DNA from: Eledone cirrhosa
Lineage: Eukaryota
NCBI GenBank assembly: GCA_964016885.1
Contig: OZ024741.1
Span: 65,286,001-65,350,000 of the forward strand
DNA: 64,000 bases
Reading direction: 5' to 3'
Position 1 is the stretch's first letter, and each line of letters begins with the position of its first letter. The notes beneath the pieces were generated by a model. The model did no database searches, was not told the DNA's origin, and saw only the letters and a list, made by a program, of their open reading frames with translations. Shown here in pieces: positions 55,401-64,000 of this stretch. Both the position numbers and the translations under genes were made by a program.

Positions 55401-57999
55401 TGATTGAGATGATTTATAGCACCTCTGAGTGACAGTTATTCAATGCTATTTAAGTCATACTGTTTCACTGTTGTTTTGGTTTTACAATTAATTTATAGTG
55501 TTTTTTTATTTTTTTATTTTTCTTTTGCCAAAAAGGTGACAGTGCAAATAGACACCAGATTGTCTTTGTTGTTTGGATACATTGAAGATGGAGTTGTTGG
55601 GGGTGGTGGAAGAAAGATTATAGTCGTGTGCTGTTTAGAGAAATATGTCATTAATAATCAGTCAGTTTCAATTCCTACCTGGTTTGCGGTGTACCATTTT
55701 AGTGTCACATGCACACACACAGTTCAAGAAATGACACAACAAACACAGAGATGCAAAAACACAGTCTAATTAGTACCATGCTTAGGAGGGTGTAGAAGAG
55801 GGTTTGATGTTTTCGACATAAGTCTTTATATATATTTTATATATTGAAGAGGTGTAAATCCCATCAGTGAGCCAGGCTGTTTCAACGCCTTTCCACAAGG
55901 GTAATCTTGAAAATACTTGTGGAAAGAAGTTGAAACAGCTGGATCCACCCTTGGGATTCAAACTTGTCTATATATATATGTATATATATATATACTCTTC
56001 GTTTTTGAATTTGTTTTGCAAGAATTCTTATCTGAAAACGTATGTTGAAACAGAATACTTTGGAAGGGTCATGAAGTGAAAACCAACAGGTGTGTGTGAT
56101 TTTATTGGCAGCATGACCCTCCCAAAGTATAACAATATATATATACATATACATATATGTATATAAATATATATTGGCAGAGTCCTAAGAGTGTTGGATT
56201 AAATGACTTGTGGAATTGTATTATTTGCTCTGGCTGTCAGTGCTCTGAGTTCAAATCCCACTGACAGCAACTTTGGTTTTCAACCTTTCAGAGTCAATAA
56301 ATAAATTCAGTCGAGGACTATGGATAGGCAGAATTGTTAAAGCATGGGACAAAATGTCTTTCAGTAGTTGTTTAGGTATTGTGTGGTCTTACCTCCTGTC
56401 ACTGGAAAAATAGTGATATGACAGGCCCGGGTCGTAATCATTAACCCTTTTGAAACCAAATCACCTGAAAGAATTTCTGGTGTCTATTTTTATCTAAAAA
56501 CATTCCATCAAATTTTATGTAACAACCTTTATGTTCTAAACCCCAACTTAACAAAGAGAAAGTTAATTAAATAGTATAGATAAATAATAGATTGGAAATG
56601 CATGAAGCAGATTGGTTACTATAATGACTTTGTGCATATATATTTCAGATACATAGGCTAGAAAAGGAAGAACCCATTATCCCCAAATCCTTAAATCCCC
56701 ACTATAAAGTGGTTGTTATGGTGCCATGACAAAAAGCACCCATTCCACACTGTAAAGTGGTCTTGTGGGTGTGTGTCTCAACAAAAAGCACCCAGCACAA
56801 ACTGTAAAGTGGTTGTGTTGGTATCATGACCTAAAGAACCCAGCCCACACTGTAAAGTGGTCATGTAGGTGTCACAACAAAAAGCACCCAATGCACACTT
56901 TAAATGAGTTGGTGTTAGGAAGAGCATGCAGACATAGAAACCAAGCCAGAAACGGTTCTGTATGAGAAAGACATGGTCATCTGACCCGACTTGCCTCAAA
57001 TAGGACAAACTGTTTAACCCATGCTAGCATGGAAAATGGACGTTAAACGACGATGATGATGACATTGATTATTTGTTTTTGTTTTGAACTGTTTCTGCTT
57101 CACATTTGAAAAGAGGGTTATAGCTCTGAAATATCATGTTGAAATATACTGGGTAAAACATTACTTTGTTTTGTTTTATTTGTCATCCTCTGCCCTTTAT
57201 ATATTTCTACTGTATTGTACTGGCTTTTTGAAACTTAGCCTTTTATTACATAAAATTAATTAAATTATTAAATCTTTCCAAATTCTTGGTTATTTTCAAA
57301 ATCATAAGCAATGGGTTTCATTAGAAATGTGGTAATGAAAAGGTTAAAATGTTTATATTTATCTTAAAAAACGTACCATTATAATTGTAAGACTATATGT
57401 TAAGTTATGCTGCAAACACCAGCATAATAAGAGAATTAGTTATATTACTAAATCCCTACAAATTGTTGATTATCTTGGAAATGATAGGCAATGCCTTTCA
57501 TTAGAAATGTGGCAACGAAAGAGTTAGATGCCTCATTGGCAAAGGTCAGATGTGAGATCTAATAACTAGAGCAGTAGGGGGGGGGGGGGGGCGAGAGAGA
57601 CAGAGAGAGATAACAAATAACTATAAACAGAACTAATCCTCACAACAACTATGATACACCATAAAAGAAAAAAGAAAAGAAAACTAGAACAGAATCAAAG
57701 AAAACAAAACAAAAAGTAGCTAAAACAAAACAAAAACGAGTGTTTGACTTTTTGAAGTGACCTAGAAACGTCATCTGACAAGACAAGACAATCAGCAGAT
57801 GAGGGGGAATGGTGTCTGCTGGTTGGTTGGTGTGGGTGGAAATGTAATGATTGAGTTGTGCTTATGGTGAAAGGAGGAGAGGTGGGATTAGGAAATTACC
57901 TTCTTGTGATTTGTTGATAAATCAATCTCGTATTATAGTTGTTGTTCTTCATTTATATACACACACACAAAAGCATATATATGTATGGGGCAACACCAC

Positions 58000-58034
<35 letters not shown>

Positions 58035-58410
58035 CACACACAGACGCAAAAAACATATATACGTATATGTACACACACTCACACACACAAAGCATATATA
58101 TGTATATGTACACACACTCACACACGCAAACACATATATATATATACACACAAAACACACACACACACATATATATATATATACATACACAAAACACACA
58201 CACAACACACAGTACAGAAAGCCAGAACAAATAATGCAAAGCATTTAATCAATGCTTTATCAACTGCCAATATATATGTTTTTTTTTATTATTTTATTTC
58301 TTCTGGCCCACGTAGTGCAGCCATGCTGGGGCAACACCACGCACACACACACACACATATATATATATAGTCATCATCAGACACACACACATATATCATC
58401 ATCATCACAC

Positions 58411-58445
<35 letters not shown>

Positions 58446-58460
58446 CACATATATATATAT

Positions 58461-58801
58461 TCATTTCATTTCATTTCATTTTATGTCCGCTTTTTCCCTG
58501 CTTGCAAGGGTGGGACGGGAACTGATTCTGGCTTGATTTCTACAGCTCGATGCCCTTCCTAACACCAACCTCATTTACAGTGAGTGCTGGGTGCTTTTTT
58601 GCCGTGGCACCTCCACGACCACTTTGCAGTAGAATGATAGGGACCGCAGTCCCTATCATCTCATTTCTACAGCTGAGTAAACTGGAGCAATGTGAAATAA
58701 AGTGTCTTGCTCAAGGAAACAACACATCACCCGGTCTGAGAATTGAACTCACAACCTTTCGATTGCAAGGCCAATGCTCTAACCACTAAGCCATGTGCCT
58801 C
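58461..58801 (-). mobile_element. SINE family B, full length
   Basis: Near identical to 33592-33937. Confidence 0.9.
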
Positions 58802-58939
58802 CATTATATATATATATATTTATTTAGGTTTGTTGGTTCGACCGACTAAAGTAGAAGATGCTAGATGGTCGGTCGTCCTCTTGTCTATGATTTTCAGCCC
58901 CATGGATTTTATCTGTTATATTCCTTTGTTATATTTCGA

Positions 58940-58997
58940 ATACCTGATGATATCACTGGATTCATACGGAACCCAGTCATTGAAATGATCATAGTAT
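58940..58997 (+). ncRNA. Minimal type-I hammerhead ribozyme
   Basis: atac CTGATGA tatc-actgg-attcatacggaac-ccagt-catt GAAA tgatca TA gtat, with palindromic ATGATCAT. Lies inside a TA-flanked insert (about 58820-59045). Confidence 0.75.
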
Positions 58998-59042
58998 AAT
59001 AAACCTTTCAAGGATTTACACAAGTCCAGCCTCCTGTTATTT

Positions 59043-59084
<42 letters not shown>

Positions 59085-59288
59085 ATCATCAGACACACAC
59101 ACATATATATATATAGTATATATTTAGGCATACATACTGCTGTGTGGTTACAACATTTGCATTGCAAACATGATTCGAAATTCTATCCTACTGCTCAGGA
59201 CTTTGGATAAGAGTCTCTTACTTCAGTCTTGGGCCAAATAATGTTTTACGAGTGAAATTGGTAAATAGATCTGTTGTATACATGTGCA

Positions 59289-59370
<82 letters not shown>

Positions 59371-59461
59371 AGGATGGATGTATGTGTACATCTTTATGGA
59401 TACATGTACATATCTTTCACTGGTGTATATCAACAAAGTCCATTGAGATACACAGTTACAA

Positions 59462-59720
59462 AAACTCATTTATTACTCTTGCCTCAGAATGTTAGTCATT
59501 GGAAAGGAAAGGAAAGGCCCTTAACTGCTGATGCAGTCTTAGGGACGCCATTCTCATGCATGAAGTGTTTGGGGCATTTTAAACTTGGTGAAACTCATTT
59601 ATTACTCTTGCCTCAGGATGATAGGCATTGGAAAGGAAAGGAAAGGCCCTTAACTGCTGATGCAGTCTTAGGGACGCCATTCTGATGCATGACGTGTTTG
59701 GGGCATTTTAAACTTGGTGA
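59462..59720. repeat. Tandem duplication, 2 x about 129 bp
   Basis: AAACTCATTTATTACTCTTGCC...AAACTTGGTG occurs twice. Confidence 0.9.
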
Positions 59721-60789
59721 AGCTCATCCCTCTCCAGTTTGCAATATAGGCAATTACTTCCAGAGAGTGAGAGAGAGAATTAATACCACTACTAGGCTGA
59801 TATTTTATTTATCAACCTCAAAGTGTCAAAAGGCAAAGCTGACTGTGACTGGATTCGAACTGAGTGTGCAGTGAAATGGAACAGATAACCAGGTCAATTT
59901 TCTAGCTCAAAAAATAATGATTGGCTCATTAGAAAACTGTAACCAAAGACACTGTTGTTCACAAGTTATGTGTAAATGAATAAATAAAACAAGAAGTCAT
60001 TGTAGATTATATCAGATATCTCCATACATCTTGGTGTAACACCAATCCAATATTGATACTGAAATTATTCAGATTCTTGTTCGATATTATCAATCCTACT
60101 TTCTTCTTTTTTGCCCACTTATTCCTGAGAGAATTGTGGGGGTAGAGTCCTCAAACATTCCTTCCAGCAGGCCCTACCAGAAGCAACTGCAACTGTCTCC
60201 AACTTATCTGGCTGGATCCTCAAGTGAGACCAACCAAGCTTAGCTGGTCTGTTGTTGTTAATACAAGTGTTATAATTTTATTGCTGAACTGGTCATTTTG
60301 AAGGAGGTTGTTAACATCTTTGACATTCACTGACATAAATGAGCACACAATGGACACCACTCTCTAATGCACTGAGAGAACAGCTAGCCAAGTGGACAGG
60401 AATAGGTGAAGCAATCAACTGGTCAGCATTTTGTATCCTGTAACCAGCTAGATTGGCTACTTCAATCTGTTGCAAACGGTTGTAAAGGGTTACTGCAAGG
60501 TGAGGACACTTGGCATGGTTGAAGTTCGTTTTTGGTCATAATCTGATTTCCAGGTTTAATCTAACTGCATGGTATTTTTATTAGCATAAATTCAGATAAA
60601 TTTCTGTTTTGTGATTGAAATTGTGTTTCTAGAAAATGTGTTGTAGCTCAATGGTTGGGTTGTACCTGTGATTCAAAGGTTCAGTCTTGTTAACACTTAA
60701 TATTGTGTCACACTCATAACAGACTGAGAATTATGTCTGGGGTATAAATATTCTGTTGTTTATATATTAATTTAACAAGTAGTTCAGTG

Positions 60790-61060
60790 GAAGGGCTGGT
60801 TGGTGAAGTGAAGGACTGGATGGTGGAGTGAGGGACTGGATAGTGGAGTGGATGGTGGATTAAATGGTTGAGTGAGGGTGTGGTTGATGAAGTGATGGAT
60901 TGAATGGTGGAATGAGAGTGATTGGTGGAGTGAGGGACTGGATGGTTGGTGGAGTGAGAGGAGTGGATGGTGAAGTGAAAGGCTGGATGGTGGAGTGAGG
61001 GAGTTGATGGTGGAGTGATGAATTGGATGGCGTAGTGGAGAAGTGGATGGTGTAGTGGAT
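60790..61060. repeat. Degenerate 20-bp G-rich minisatellite (GGTGGAGTGAGGGACTGGAT)
   Basis: Directly visible. Confidence 0.7.
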
Positions 61061-62532
61061 GACTATTCTATCCTTTTTCAAACAGAAATAAATTATCCAA
61101 TTTGTTGTTCATTTTCATGTAGTGAGATTTGATTTGACCTGCAACAATACTTTCTCTAGCAGCAACTTGTTGAAACTGGCATCAGACCCAAGCTTAGAGT
61201 TAGAAGTTGATGAAATTGCTCTCCAATAGTGTTGGGTTCTAAACCTCCTCACTGTGAGAGAGATAGAGACAGCTGAGGTCGATTGGCTCTTTCAACACAT
61301 TTTCTCCCCCTTCTTTGGTGTAACATATCCACTATTCTATCTGCCAGACCACGAAACACTTGCATCTTTCGCTCTGTTTCAGTGTTTATTTTAAGAACTG
61401 TACAAATCCCTGTAGCATGAGCCATGACCCAGTGTTTAATATTCTCTGAATCTGAGAAGCATTTATAATGGCTATTTCTAATATTTTATGAGTGTCTTAA
61501 GCCATTTAACTGTCATTTACCATGTAAGTGCTTACAGGATTTAAGACAAAATGTAAACTTACTGCACACAATTAGATTTAGAACAACATAGAGTTCCACA
61601 CCTTGTTAAAATAACCACTGGCAAGACATATTGATTTCCACAGCAAGAATTTGTAGAATACATTGAAAATAGAACATTATCTATGGATTAAAAAACATTT
61701 AAAAAACATTTTTATATGAAATTTTACTACTGACTAAACCACCATAGTTAATGTTACTGCATAATCTAGTATCCAATTTCAGTTTAGACTCCATGATTAA
61801 ACTTCGTTCTGACTATATACAAGGAATCATATCTATAAGTATTTTAGCTCTGCAGTCATTAAGTCTGTCTCTGCTGTTCGTGATTTCCCAATGCTCTGAT
61901 GATAAAGATGATTATAATATTTTCTTACAGAGGCAAACGGCTTCATTTTTCTTGTGGGGAGGGAGTTAGTTGATTAAATCGTCGCCAATACTTGACTTCT
62001 TTTTCTACTTCTATTTACTCCCGAGAGGGCTGTGGGGGTAGATTCCTCAGACAGACCTTTCAGAAGGTCCTATTAGAAACAACCATCTCTAAATGATTTG
62101 GATAGATCATCAAGCGAAGCCAACCAAGCATATGAATGTTATCCAACCATCTTGCTCGTGGTTAGCCTCTGTCTCTCTCCTGCTGGTTGGCTTAGCAGTT
62201 CTTAACTGATATTTTATTTTATCGATATAACTACAGTTTAAACCCCTCTCTTGGTAATGCATATCTTTTATGTGTAATTTTGCAGCGATACGATTTCCAA
62301 AGCCTTTATGACGATTATGTTGATGAAATATATATATAACAACAAAGAAGGTGTGGTAAGATACCAGGTGGACTATAACGCACCAGAGTACTCGATACTT
62401 GGGGTAGTAGAGTTCAGATCTAGCTGTCGAAACGGCCAGAGCTCAGCCGTCGGAGTCCTGACTCTTTTCATATATATATATATATACGAGTATATATATT
62501 TCATCAACATAATCGCCATAAAGGCTTGGGAA

Positions 62533-62588
<56 letters not shown>

Positions 62589-63114
62589 TACAGGGTGTCC
62601 CCAAAAATGTATACACACTGTGATTACCTGTAGAGGCACTATTTATTAGAATACTTTTTTGTGTGGTGGTGGTGGTGGGGAGATAAAGTTAATGGAATCG
62701 ACATCAGCAGCTGACTGGTACTTTATTTTATCGACCATTTGATTGAATGAAAAGCAAAGCTGACCTCGATGGGATTTGAACTCAGAAAGTAAAGGGCCAT
62801 AACTAAATGCTACAAAACATTTTGTTCGGCGCTCTACCGTCATCTATCAATGTCAGATTTTTGACTGGAGCGTAATGTCATTCCAGTAATTAGACATTGC
62901 GATAAATAAATGAATAAATTATTATTTTTTTAAATCACCAACAACCTTTCTTAATTATCTGCAAATTTTCGTTAAAAACAAAAAGTGCATTATTGAGAAA
63001 GTGATGAAGAAACAAAATCGGGGTTGGGGAAATACTAATTTTAACGACCGCGGAATGAAAACAAAGTTGACAGGAAAAGGATTTGAACTGAGATCGTAAA
63101 GAGTCGTAACTAAA

Positions 63115-63280
63115 TAATTGTTTCTACTTTAGGCACAAGGCCAGCAATTACCCAGTGCATTACTGGTACTTTATTTTATCGACCCCGTAAGGATGAACGG
63201 CAAAGCTAACCTCGGCGGGATTTGAACTCAGAACGTAAAGGGCCGCAACTATATGCTGCAAAACATGTTGTCTGACGCTA
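63115..63280 (-). mobile_element. SINE family A
   Basis: As other copies; an older copy lies at about 62690-62840. Confidence 0.85.
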
Positions 63281-63653
63281 ATAAAACAAATAACTTAGCC
63301 CTCCCTCAATGCTATAACGATAATAAACAATAATACTGAAATTTGGCTGCTATTTCTAGCAGGTCGAGTGACCGCATAGAGTCTGCTTATAGTTGTGTCA
63401 GCTGATGTTATGAACAAAAATTGTTCAAGTAAAAAGAAATTCAAAATAAAAGAAAAATACAAAAACTATCAAATTACAGGCAAGAGGTAAGGAGGAAAAG
63501 GTGGTGGTTGAAAGAAGGTTTACTGGTTGGAAGGGGTAGTTAATAGGGTCTTTGTCATTGAAGAGAGCTACGTACGGGAGCTACGACTTTGTTGAAAAGG
63601 TCAACCAAATCTCCTAGATCTGCGGCGAGACGACATGTCACGGACACACACAC

Positions 63654-63685
<32 letters not shown>

Positions 63686-63781
63686 ACATATACATACACA
63701 TACACACACACATACTCTCTCCCTCTCACACACGCATGAGTTTCACGTTTTACTGATCCTCATAGTGCCGTGTATTATATA

Positions 63782-63863
63782 TGTCTCCCAAAAATGTCTG
63801 ATTACTTGTACAGGGCAATATTTATTAGAATGGTGTACACATTTTTGGTGGGGACACACTGTA
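63782..63863. mobile_element. Very short Tc1/mariner-type MITE
   Basis: Right end is ACATTTTTGGTGGGACACACTGTA. A homologous left end TACAGGGTGTCCCCAAAAATGT and shared internal sequence lie at 62590-62652. Confidence 0.55.
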
Positions 63864-63924
<61 letters not shown>

Positions 63925-64000
63925 ATGGATGCAGTAAAAACCTGTTAGACCATTTCTCACCAGAGTACTCGATACTTGGGGTAGTAGAGTGTGGTATTAT

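Noticed and set aside
60250-61430. Possible host exons in unique-looking sequence
   Set aside because: No sustained frame with convincing splice sites or a recognisable domain; small exons cannot be excluded without RNA data.

Overview
AT-rich, microsatellite-dense eukaryotic DNA that is intergenic or deep intronic; no host protein-coding exon can be supported. The repeat content (MetaSINE-like and V-domain-like tRNA SINEs, RTE LINEs with (GAT)n tails) suggests an octopus or related coleoid, but this is inference. Recognisable coding sequence is all transposon-derived: about 9 copies of one RTE family with a PHD-like finger after the RT, a near-intact Neptune-type Penelope-like element (RT plus GIY-YIG), a degenerate Naiad/Chlamys-type PLE, a CR1-clade LINE, an R4/Dong-like relic and a Tc1/mariner relic. 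Two non-autonomous Helitrons and several MITEs are also present. The signal the ORF track misses is a set of short non-coding inserts in (TA)n tracts, often fold-backs, carrying minimal type-I hammerhead ribozymes. I read 7 canonical-core copies and one A9U copy in 5 sequence families, plus variant and half motifs. All folds and alignments were read by eye; coordinates of degenerate elements are approximate.
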